Of a stretch of 32,000 nucleotides of DNA, positions 1 through 7,531 are shown piece by piece. The stretch spans positions 960,001-992,000 of the forward strand of contig NZ_CP027570.1 in assembly GCF_003010495.1 (NCBI RefSeq), in the 5' to 3' direction. Positions within the stretch are counted from its first letter, which is position 1. Every line of letters starts with the position of its first letter. Under the pieces are notes generated by a model. The model was not told the DNA's origin. It ran no database searches and saw only the letters and a list, made by a program, of their open reading frames with translations. The translations under genes and the position numbers were made by a program. This DNA is from Megasphaera elsdenii DSM 20460. GTDB lineage: Bacteria > Bacillota > Negativicutes > Veillonellales > Megasphaeraceae.

Positions 1-43
1 AAGAGTGAGGCGCTCCGGCTGTTTGAAATAGGCATTTTTTCCA
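1..43 (-). CDS. 5' end of an unidentified CDS that runs off the left edge
   Basis: AAGGAGG at 59-53 (minus) lies 9 nt upstream of a GTG at 43-41. The frame stays open (VEKMPISNSRSASL...) to the window edge. It is too short to identify. Confidence 0.25.
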
Positions 44-59
44 CAATGATGCGCCTCCT

Positions 60-1010
60 TTAGGCTCGGTAAATGCGGGTCCCCGTTTTTCCGAGGATAC
101 CATCTTTGGCTTTCTGGAGCAGTGTTATCAGGGCTGTCCGGCCGGGACGGGATTCAGCGAATTTGACGGCGGACTGGACTTTGGGCAGCATCGAGCCGGG
201 GGCAAATTCATTTTGTGCCATATATTGCCGGGCTTCGTCAGTGGTCATTTCCGACAGCCACTGTTCGTCCGGCTGACCAAAGTGGATGGCCACTTTTTCG
301 ACAGCTGTCAGGATGATGAGGTAATCGGCGTGGAGGTCTTCGGCCAGGCGTTCGCTGGCGAAATCCTTGTCGATGACGGCGCTGGCCCCTTTGAGATGGT
401 TGCCGTGACGCATGACGGGAATACCGCCGCCGCCACAGGCGATGACCAGCTGTCCCGATTCGACGAGGGTGTCGATGGCGCCGATTTCGATGATTTCCTG
501 GGGCAGCGGCGAAGCGACGACGCGGCGCCAGCCCCGGCCGGCGTCTTCCTTGACGATGTAGCCGTATTCTTTGGCGGCGTATTCCGCCTGTTCTTTAGTC
601 ATGAAATGGCCAATCGGTTTCGACGGATTCTTGAAAGCCGGGTCTTCCGGGTCGACGCGGACCTGGGTGACCATGGTAGCGACGGGAATGTCGAAGATGT
701 CGCGGTTGTACATTTCTTCGCGCAGGGCATTCTGCAAGTCATAGCCGATGTAAGCCTGGCTCATGGCGACGCAGACCGACAACGGCGTGTTGGGCTGGTT
801 CGGATCTTCCCGGCTCAGGGCGGCCATGGCGTGGTTGATCATGCCGACCTGCGGGCCGTTGCCGTGGGCGACGATGACTTCACAGCCTTCCTGGATGAGA
901 TCGACGATGGCCTTGGCTGTCGTCTTGACGGCCAGCATCTGTTCGTGCAGTGTATTTCCCAGGGCGTTGCCGCCGAGGGCGATGACGATACGTTTCTTTT
1001 TCTCGGTCAT
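60..1010 (-). CDS. arcC: carbamate kinase (YqeA/ArcC type)
   Basis: 316-aa ORF with KRIVIALGGNAL and ACGGGGIPV motifs of the amino-acid-kinase fold. AAGGAG RBS 7 nt upstream of the ATG. Occupies the position of yqeA next to ygeW. Confidence 0.9.
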   Translation of the reverse strand: MTEKKKRIVIALGGNALGNTLHEQMLAVKTTAKAIVDLIQEGCEVIVAHGNGPQVGMINHAMAALSREDPNQPNTPLSVCVAMSQAYIGYDLQNALREEMYNRDIFDIPVATMVTQVRVDPEDPAFKNPSKPIGHFMTKEQAEYAAKEYGYIVKEDAGRGWRRVVASPLPQEIIEIGAIDTLVESGQLVIACGGGGIPVMRHGNHLKGASAVIDKDFASERLAEDLHADYLIILTAVEKVAIHFGQPDEQWLSEMTTDEARQYMAQNEFAPGSMLPKVQSAVKFAESRPGRTALITLLQKAKDGILGKTGTRIYRA

Positions 1011-1075
1011 GATAATTCTCCTTTTATGTGTACAAAAGTTTTATAAATGATGAGTAAAACGCATGATAGGGGAAT

Positions 1076-1106
1076 GAAAAAGGCACCGGTCCGGAGGACC
1101 GGCACC
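1076..1106 (-). terminator. candidate intrinsic terminator after ygeW
   Basis: On the minus strand, GGTGCCGGTCC-TCC-GGACCGGTGCC has a perfect 7-bp core (CCGGTCC/GGACCGG), a 2-nt internal mismatch and two closing GC pairs. It is followed by TTTTT and begins 13 nt after the ygeW stop. Confidence 0.55.
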
Positions 1107-1119
1107 TTTGACGGTCAGG

Positions 1120-2313
1120 TTATTTCATTTTGCGCAGGATGCCGCGTTCTTCTAATGCTTTCAAGGTCTGAGCCGGATCCTGGCATTTGGCCAGCATGAT
1201 CATGGCAGCGATGACATAGGGCTTGTAGCTGGCTTCCTTGTAGAGGGAATCGCGATAGCGGTCGAAGACGGAGGCTTCGACTTCGCCGTCTTCACAGCTG
1301 ACGCCGTTGATGTCGGCCGGCAGGCAATGGAGGTACATGGCTTTGCCGTCTTTTGTGGTCTTCATCAATTCTTCCGTGCAGCACCAGTCTTTGTGCTGAG
1401 CGTTCTGAGCCAGCAGTTCCTGTTCCAGGGCATCGATGCCGGCCTGGTCGCCAGCAGCGTAGAGATTCGTCCGTTTTTCCATAGCCGCAAAGGGAGCCCA
1501 GCTCTTGGGATAGACGACGTCGGCGTCTTTGAAGGCGTCGGCCATGTCGTGGGTGATGCGGAAGGAGCCGCCCGATTTTTCGGCGTTCTTTTTGGCGACG
1601 TCGACGACGTCCGGCATGACTTCATAGCCTTCGGGATGAGCCAGGACGACGTTCATGCCCAGACGGGTCATGAGGCCGATGACGCCCTGCGGGACCGAGA
1701 GGGGTTTGCCATAGGACGGGGAGTAAGCCCAGGTCATGGCGATTTTCTTGCCTTTCAAGTTTTCCAGGCCGCCCATTTCATGGATGATATGGGCCGCGTC
1801 GGCCATACACTGGGTTGGATGGTCGATGTCGCACTGGAGGTTGACCAGAGTCGGCTTCTGTTCGAGGATGCCGTCTTTATAACCCTGGGTGACGGAGTCG
1901 ACGACTTCTTTCTGGTACGTATGGCCCTTGCCGATGTACATATCGTCGCGGATGCCGATGACGTCGGCCATGAAGGAAATCATGTTGGCCGTTTCGCGGA
2001 CCGTTTCGCCGTGAGCAATCTGGCTCTTCTTTTCGTCCAGGTCCTGGACCTGCAGGCCGAGGAGATTGCAGGCCGAGGCGAAGGAGAAGCGCGTACGCGT
2101 CGAATTGTCGCGGAAGATGGAAATGCCTAAGCCGCTTTCAAAGATTTTGGTGGAAATATTGTGTTCCCGCATGAAACGGAGGGCATCGGCCAGGACCCAG
2201 ATGGCTTCCAGTTCGTTATCGGTCTTGTCCCAGGTGAGGAAAAAGTCGTTTTCATACATATCTTTGAAGTTGAGGGCGTTTAATTTATCGATGTAGTCCT
2301 GTAAGGTTTTCAT
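1120..2313 (-). CDS. ygeW: YgeW-type (knotted) carbamoyltransferase
   Basis: 397 aa with the ATCase/OTCase-fold motifs NSTRTRFSF and LHCLPA. Length and N-terminus resemble YgeW rather than ArgF/PyrB. AAGGAG RBS. Confidence 0.88.
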   Translation of the reverse strand: MKTLQDYIDKLNALNFKDMYENDFFLTWDKTDNELEAIWVLADALRFMREHNISTKIFESGLGISIFRDNSTRTRFSFASACNLLGLQVQDLDEKKSQIAHGETVRETANMISFMADVIGIRDDMYIGKGHTYQKEVVDSVTQGYKDGILEQKPTLVNLQCDIDHPTQCMADAAHIIHEMGGLENLKGKKIAMTWAYSPSYGKPLSVPQGVIGLMTRLGMNVVLAHPEGYEVMPDVVDVAKKNAEKSGGSFRITHDMADAFKDADVVYPKSWAPFAAMEKRTNLYAAGDQAGIDALEQELLAQNAQHKDWCCTEELMKTTKDGKAMYLHCLPADINGVSCEDGEVEASVFDRYRDSLYKEASYKPYVIAAMIMLAKCQDPAQTLKALEERGILRKMK

Positions 2314-2347
2314 AGGGTAGTCTCCTTTTAATCGTTATGGGATGTGA

Positions 2348-3667
2348 TTATTTATCGGTGTATACAGAAGGCAGAGCGGCGTAGACGGCAGCACAAGTGA
2401 CGAGGTCCTGTTTCCATGTCTTTTCGTTGGGAGCATGAGCCTGGGCTTCTGCGCCAGGGCCGAAGCCGATGACGGGGATGCCGTTGCGGCCCATGATGGA
2501 AACGCCATTGGTCGAGAAGGTCCATTTATCCGTCAAGGGACGGGCTTTGCGCATGGCTTCCGTTTCAGCGGCACCGATACGGCTGTCGCCGAAGAGGGAC
2601 GTATAAGCTTCTTCCAGGGCCTTCGTGACTTTGTGGTCTTTCGGGATGACCCAGGTCGGGAAGTAACATTCGATGGGGTAGGTCAGGCCGGTGTAGCTCG
2701 GGCGGGCATATTCGTACATGCTGACTTTGACGTCATCGCCGTATTTCTGGACACTCGGCAGGGCGCGGATTTCATCGAGGCAGCTCTGCCACGTTTCGCC
2801 AGCGGTCATGCGGCGGTCGAGGGATACGGCACAGGAGTCGGCGACGGCGCAGCGGCTCGGCGAGGTGTAGAAAATCTGGGAGCATGTGACGGTACCGCGG
2901 CCGAGGAAGTTGGCTTCTTCCCATTCGGAGTTGTATTTTTTGTCGAGCATCTTGACCAGGCCTTTGATTTCCGTTGTGTCGGCGGCGTCATTTTCATTGA
3001 GGGCCCGGACGTCCTGGAGGATGTCAGCCATCTTGTAAATGGCGTTGTCACCGCGTTCGGGTGCACTGCCGTGGCAGGAAACGCCCTGGACGTCGATGCG
3101 GATTTCCATACGGCCGCGCTGGCCGCGATAGATGCCGCCGTCTGTCGGTTCCGTAGAAACGACAAATTCCGGGCGGACCTTGTCTTCGTTGATGATATAC
3201 TGCCAGCAAAGGCCGTCGCAGTCTTCTTCCTGGACCGTACCCGTAACCAGGACGGTGTACTTATCGGACAAGAGGCCCAGGTCTTTCATGATGCGGGCAC
3301 CGTAGACGGCGGATACGATGCCGCCGAGCTGGTCCGACGTGCCGCGGCCGCCGATTTCCGTTTCCGATTCAAAGCCTTCATAGGGATCGAAGTTCCAGTT
3401 GGCTTTGTTGCCGATGCCGACGGTATCGATATGGGCGTCGAAGCCGATGAGGGTCTTGCCGGTGCCCATGTAGCCCAGGACGTTGCCCATGGGGTCGATT
3501 TCTACTTTATCGAAATCGAGTTTGCGCATTTCTTCGGCGATGCGGTCGATGTGTTCCTTTTCGCCGCAGCTTTCGCCGGGGAATTTGACGATGTCCCGGA
3601 GGAAGCGGGTCATATCCTGTTCATAGCCTTTAGCAGCCTCTTTGATTTTTTCGTACGGTACTGTCAT
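2348..3667 (-). CDS. ygeY: M20-family peptidase/deacylase, YgeY type
   Basis: The ORF track gives 2348..3676 from a GTG. I prefer the ATG at 3667 ([10 protein letters not shown]...), which has GGAG 8 nt upstream. It has the ArgE/DapE/M20 fold motif (GFDAHIDTV) and sits between dpaL and ygeW, as in E. coli. Confidence 0.85.
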   Translation of the reverse strand: MTVPYEKIKEAAKGYEQDMTRFLRDIVKFPGESCGEKEHIDRIAEEMRKLDFDKVEIDPMGNVLGYMGTGKTLIGFDAHIDTVGIGNKANWNFDPYEGFESETEIGGRGTSDQLGGIVSAVYGARIMKDLGLLSDKYTVLVTGTVQEEDCDGLCWQYIINEDKVRPEFVVSTEPTDGGIYRGQRGRMEIRIDVQGVSCHGSAPERGDNAIYKMADILQDVRALNENDAADTTEIKGLVKMLDKKYNSEWEEANFLGRGTVTCSQIFYTSPSRCAVADSCAVSLDRRMTAGETWQSCLDEIRALPSVQKYGDDVKVSMYEYARPSYTGLTYPIECYFPTWVIPKDHKVTKALEEAYTSLFGDSRIGAAETEAMRKARPLTDKWTFSTNGVSIMGRNGIPVIGFGPGAEAQAHAPNEKTWKQDLVTCAAVYAALPSVYTDK

Positions 3668-3699
3668 GAAAATCACTCCTATATCTTAATATAATGTTT

Positions 3700-4911
3700 T
3701 TATTTATTTAATCCTCGCCAGACGATATTCTTATACCGTTCCGGATCCGTATCGCCTTCGGTCGAGAAGACCAGGACCTGGGAGCGGTCATCGAGACCGA
3801 GCTCAGCGCGTATATCTTTACATTCGTCGGATAACATGATCGTAGCCAGCGTGCCGAAGGGAACGGCACCGGATTCACCGGATACGATGGGCGCATCGCC
3901 TTTGAGGGGCGCTGCCAGCATCCGCATGCCGCGGACCGTGATGGGGTCATCGGCAGCTACGAAGGTCGTGACGTGATTCTTGAGGATGTCCCAGGAAATC
4001 GTATTCGGTTCGCCACAGGCCAGGCCGGCCATGATGGTATCCAGGTCGCCACCGACGATGCGGGGCTTGCCGTCACCCGCTGCGGCGCCTTTGTACAGGC
4101 AGGCTGCGGCCGATGCTTCGACGACGATGAATTTCGGCGGGTTGTCTTTGTAGAGATTGGCGAAGTAGCCGACGACGGCACCGGCCAGGGAACCGACACC
4201 GGCTTGGACGAAGATGTGCGTCGGCCGTTCGACGCCCTGCGCTTTCAGCTGTTCGCCAGCTTCCATGGCCATCGTACCGTAGCCCTGCATGATCCACGAA
4301 GGGATTTCTTCGTAGCCGTCCCAGGCCGTATCCTGGACCATGACGCCGTGCGGCGTGGCAGCGGCTTCTTTAGCCGCCTGGCGGACGCAGTCGTCATAGT
4401 TGAGGTCGAGGATGTCGACGTCGGCGCCGAGCTTCTTGATGTTTTCCAGCCGCGTCTGGGTCGTGCCTTTCGGCATGTGGACGACGGCTTTCTGGCCCAG
4501 CTTCTGAGCCGCCCAGGCGACGCCGCGGCCGTGGTTGCCATCGGTGGCCGTGAAGAAGGTGGCCTGGCCAAATTCCTGGCGGAGTTTATCCGAAGTCAGG
4601 ACTTCATAAGGCAGGTCCGATACGTCGCGGTGCGTTTCCTTGGCGATGTATTTGGCCATGGAATAGGAACCGCCCAGGACTTTGAAGGCGTTGAGGCCGA
4701 AGCGGTACGATTCGTCTTTGACGAAAATCGAACCTAAGCCTAAATACCGGGCCATCTGTGTGAGCTGAGTCAAGGGCGTTTCACTGTATTGCGGGAAGCT
4801 CTGGTGGAATGTCCGGGCTTTAGAGATTTCATTGAGGGACATAATCGGTAAATTTTTATCGTCTGATTTGGGCAGATGGTTCATAGCCCATTTCATATCT
4901 TTCTTCATCAT
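3700..4911 (-). CDS. dpaL: diaminopropionate ammonia-lyase (PLP-dependent, YgeX/DpaL)
   Basis: 403 aa with the PLP-lysine motif FGLNAFKVLGG and a fold-type II PLP enzyme layout. AGGAGG RBS. The start could be the ATG at 4911 or at 4908. Confidence 0.88.
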   Translation of the reverse strand: MMKKDMKWAMNHLPKSDDKNLPIMSLNEISKARTFHQSFPQYSETPLTQLTQMARYLGLGSIFVKDESYRFGLNAFKVLGGSYSMAKYIAKETHRDVSDLPYEVLTSDKLRQEFGQATFFTATDGNHGRGVAWAAQKLGQKAVVHMPKGTTQTRLENIKKLGADVDILDLNYDDCVRQAAKEAAATPHGVMVQDTAWDGYEEIPSWIMQGYGTMAMEAGEQLKAQGVERPTHIFVQAGVGSLAGAVVGYFANLYKDNPPKFIVVEASAAACLYKGAAAGDGKPRIVGGDLDTIMAGLACGEPNTISWDILKNHVTTFVAADDPITVRGMRMLAAPLKGDAPIVSGESGAVPFGTLATIMLSDECKDIRAELGLDDRSQVLVFSTEGDTDPERYKNIVWRGLNK

Positions 4912-4975
4912 CCGTACCTCCTGAGATAAACTGAAAAAAATATTTTAGTAAATCTAAAAGTTTTTGTATACCTAG

Positions 4976-5003
4976 AGTATAACATGACCTTGCAGATTTG
5001 CAA
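4976..5003 (-). promoter_or_regulatory. sigma-70-type promoter for the dpaL-ygeY-ygeW(-arcC) unit
   Basis: On the minus strand, -35 TTGCAA (5003-4998), a 16-nt spacer, then TGT-TATACT (extended -10; hexamer 4981-4976). It lies about 58 nt upstream of the dpaL ATG. Confidence 0.55.
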
Positions 5004-5014
5004 TAGGAGAAAGC

Positions 5015-5029
5015 TAAAAATTTGTTAGG
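5015..5029. promoter_or_regulatory. AT-rich 15-bp palindrome, copy 1 (CTAAAAATTTGTTAG)
   Basis: Palindrome with one mismatched pair. It sits 11 bp upstream of the dpaL -35. Near-identical copies occur at 5913-5927 and 6029-6043. Confidence 0.4.
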
Positions 5030-5081
5030 CACCTACACTTTTTTTGCAAGGCATGAAAGGAAGCTGTTACATTTGGGCATA

Positions 5082-5108
5082 GGAAAAGGGCCGCCCTTTG
5101 GGCGGCCC
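5082..5108 (-). terminator. intrinsic terminator downstream of the YheO-family regulator gene
   Basis: Perfect 9-bp GC-rich stem GGGCCGCCC-AAA-GGGCGGCCC (5088-5108), followed on the minus strand by TTTTCCT. Confidence 0.7.
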
Positions 5109-5118
5109 CTACGATGCT

Positions 5119-5195
5119 AGCCACGAGCCACGAGCCACGAGCCACGAGCCACAAGCCATAAGCCACAAACCACTAGCCACGAGCCACGAGCCACT
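5119..5195. repeat. tandem heptanucleotide array (AGCCACG)x11
   Basis: 11 head-to-tail 7-bp units: 4x AGCCACG, AGCCACA, AGCCATA, AGCCACA, AACCACT, 2x AGCCACG, AGCCACT. The array lies between the regulator stop codon (5200-5202) and its terminator hairpin. Confidence 0.95.
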
Positions 5196-5199
5196 AATC

Positions 5200-5838
5200 T
5201 CACTCTTCACTGCTGTCGATGTAGCTGTACAGGGTGTATTTGGAGATGCCGAAGTGTTTGGATATTTTGTCGCCGGCCTTGGTAATCAGCAAAGCCCCGC
5301 GGTCGTTGAGGAACTTGATGGCTTTGATCTTGTCTTCGCGCGTCATCAGGGGGACGGGTTTGCCGACCTGTCGCGTCGATTCTTCGATGAGTTCGTTCAG
5401 GAGGTCCGTGACGTTCTGAGGAATCGGGCTGACCTGTTCTTCTTTGGAAGCGACGGAGATGAGCGGCTTGATGGCATTTTCAACCATCATCAATTCCGTA
5501 ATGTCGTAGTTGATGGAGAAGATGCCGATGACTTTTTGATTTTCATTGCGGATATAGATGGTCGTCGATTTGAGGATGCGGCCGTCTTTAGTCTTGGTCA
5601 GGTAACTCGTATGGTCCTGGAGTTTGTCGGGCTCGCTGCGCAGGGCATCGAGGACGGCCATGGACGGGCCATCGCCGACTTTGCGGTTGGTGACGTGGCC
5701 GTTTTCAATGGCTACAATGGAATTTTCTTTGTAATTATCGCTCAGGTCATGGATGACGACTTCACAGTTCGGGCCGAATTGGTCAGCCAGGCCTTTGGCC
5801 AAATGGCGTAAGAAGTTCAGTACAACATCATCTAACAT
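5200..5838 (-). CDS. YheO-family transcriptional regulator (PAS-like N-terminal domain plus C-terminal HTH)
   Basis: 212 aa. The C-terminal segment IKFLNDRGALLITKAGDKISKHFGISKYTLYSYI is the HTH typical of YheO/DauR-like regulators. The gene sits between the two divergent catabolic operons. Confidence 0.7.
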   Translation of the reverse strand: MLDDVVLNFLRHLAKGLADQFGPNCEVVIHDLSDNYKENSIVAIENGHVTNRKVGDGPSMAVLDALRSEPDKLQDHTSYLTKTKDGRILKSTTIYIRNENQKVIGIFSINYDITELMMVENAIKPLISVASKEEQVSPIPQNVTDLLNELIEESTRQVGKPVPLMTREDKIKAIKFLNDRGALLITKAGDKISKHFGISKYTLYSYIDSSEE

Positions 5839-5912
5839 AGGGGCACCCCTCTCTTATAAAACAACGATTCTCTTAACTTGCGTACCGTCAAAACAGTTTA
5901 TTAGCTCGCCTG

Positions 5913-5927
5913 CTAAAAAATTTTTAG
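5913..5927. promoter_or_regulatory. AT-rich 15-bp palindrome, copy 2 (CTAAAAAATTTTTAG, perfect)
   Basis: Perfect odd-centred palindrome in the regulator/ssnA divergent spacer, about 75 bp upstream of the regulator ATG. Confidence 0.4.
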
Positions 5928-6028
5928 GTACTGTTAATATATCATATTTTCGCGATAAATCAACGGTTTCAAGCCAAAAAAGGTATGTCGAAAAAACATC
6001 TTTCCCGTCGAGTTATAACAAAAAGATA

Positions 6029-6043
6029 ATAAAAAATTTTTAG
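6029..6043. promoter_or_regulatory. AT-rich palindrome, copy 3 (ATAAAAAATTTTTAG)
   Basis: Differs from copy 2 at one base. It is followed by GCTAAAAAAAAA and then the ssnA -35, with a 12-bp gap. The combined sequence also fits an UP-element-like A/T tract. Confidence 0.4.
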
Positions 6044-6055
6044 GCTAAAAAAAAA

Positions 6056-6084
6056 TTGACAGGTCGGTCGGAAGAAGGTACTAT
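6056..6084 (+). promoter_or_regulatory. sigma-70-type promoter for the ssnA-ygfK-hyuA-xdhD unit
   Basis: -35 TTGACA (6056-6061), 17-nt spacer, -10 TACTAT (6079-6084). About 90 nt upstream of the ssnA ATG. Confidence 0.55.
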
Positions 6085-6180
6085 TAAGATAGATACGGGA
6101 ATGACAAAAATATCATGAACAAAACGCAAGAACTTATAACGGATTATGGTTTATACATATGTTCGAAGGAGGTAATTCAT

Positions 6181-7518
6181 ATGTTAATCGTCGGAAATGG
6201 ACACGTTATCACGCGTGATGCCAAGAATCAATATGTTCCCGATGGCGCCGTAGCCATGGACGGGATGAAGATCTGCCGCGTCGGCCAGACCGCCGAAATA
6301 CGCAGGGCTTTCCCCGATGCGGACTTCATCGATGCCAAAGGCGGCGTCATCATGCCGGCTTTCATCAATACCCATGAACACATTTACAGTGCCATGGCCC
6401 GGGGCCTGAATATCAACGGCTATGCGCCTAAGGGCTTCCTGGACATCCTCGACGGGTTGTGGTGGAACATCGACCGCCACTTGACCAATGACCTGACCTA
6501 CCTGAGTGCCATGGAAACGTATGTCGAATGTATCAAGAACGGCGTGACGACGGTCTTCGACCACCATGCCAGCTTTGGTGAAATCAAGGACAGCCTCTTT
6601 GCCATCGGCCAGGCCGCACAGGAACTGGGCGTCCGCTCTTGCCTCTGTTATGAAGTTTCTGACCGCGACGGCCAGGATAAAGCCCGGCAGGCCGTCCTGG
6701 AAAATGAAGCCTGGATCCGCCACGCCCAAGCCGATACGACGGACATGCTCGCCGGCATGATGGGTATGCATGCCCAGTTCACGATCAGCGACGAAACGAT
6801 GGCCCTGGCAGCGGAACATAAACCGGATGGTGTGGGATATCATATCCACGTCGCCGAAGGCATCGAAGATTTGCAGGATTGCCTGAAAAAGCACGGCAAG
6901 CGCATCATCGACCGCCTCTATGACTGGAATATCCTGGGCCCGAAGACGCTGCTCGGCCACTGCATCCACGTCAATCCGCATGAAATGGACCTCATCAAGG
7001 AAACGGACACGATGGTCGTCCACAATCCGGAATCGAATATGGGCAATGCCTGCGGCTGCCCGCCGACGATGGACATGGTACACCGCGGCATACTGACCGG
7101 CCTGGGGACCGATGGCTATACGCACGACATGATCGAGTCCTATAAAGTCGCCAACATTCTCCACAAACATCACCTCTGCGACGCTACGGCCGCCTGGACG
7201 GAAGTCCCGCAGATGTTGTTCTATAACAATGCGGTCATTGCCAACCGCTATTTCAAAGCGCCCTTAGGCGTACTGGCTGAAGGGGCGGCAGCCGACGTCA
7301 TCGTCATGGATTACATCGCGCCGACGCCGATGAATGAAGAAAATATCAACGGCCACATCTTGTTTGGCATGAACGGCCACGACGTCGTCACGACCATTGC
7401 CAACGGTAAAGTCCTCATGGAAAACCGCCAGCTCACCGGTGTCGACGAAGAAGCCCTGATGGCTAAGATCCGCGAAGGCGCTGCTACCCTGGCCGGACGC
7501 ATTAATGGCTATTTATAA
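6181..7518 (+). CDS. ssnA: SsnA-type amidohydrolase (cytosine/guanine-deaminase-like superfamily)
   Basis: HxH metal motif (FINTHEHIYS) and amidohydrolase layout. The ATG at 6181 has GAAGGAGG 7 nt upstream. The ORF-track start at 6115 has no RBS. Confidence 0.85.
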   Translation: MLIVGNGHVITRDAKNQYVPDGAVAMDGMKICRVGQTAEIRRAFPDADFIDAKGGVIMPAFINTHEHIYSAMARGLNINGYAPKGFLDILDGLWWNIDRHLTNDLTYLSAMETYVECIKNGVTTVFDHHASFGEIKDSLFAIGQAAQELGVRSCLCYEVSDRDGQDKARQAVLENEAWIRHAQADTTDMLAGMMGMHAQFTISDETMALAAEHKPDGVGYHIHVAEGIEDLQDCLKKHGKRIIDRLYDWNILGPKTLLGHCIHVNPHEMDLIKETDTMVVHNPESNMGNACGCPPTMDMVHRGILTGLGTDGYTHDMIESYKVANILHKHHLCDATAAWTEVPQMLFYNNAVIANRYFKAPLGVLAEGAAADVIVMDYIAPTPMNEENINGHILFGMNGHDVVTTIANGKVLMENRQLTGVDEEALMAKIREGAATLAGRINGYL

Positions 7519-7531
7519 GGAGGAATCTATC

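Noticed and set aside
5119-5195. CRISPR-like array (also considered for 14192-14280)
   Set aside because: The units are 7 bp and directly abutting, with no spacers, and there are no cas genes. These are microsatellite-type tandem repeats, not CRISPRs.
5098-5811. 237-aa plus-strand ORF beginning with SHEPRAT-type repeats
   Set aside because: Its N-terminus is a translation of the AGCCACG array. The rest is antisense to the YheO-family regulator gene, which has a clear HTH and an RBS.
5839-6180. Purine riboswitch or leader peptide in the long regulator/ssnA spacer, including the in-frame upstream ATG at 6115 and a 14-codon ORF at about 5985
   Set aside because: There is no purine-riboswitch-like three-way junction sequence. 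The upstream ATGs lack Shine-Dalgarno sequences, whereas the ATG at 6181 has GAAGGAGG at ideal spacing.
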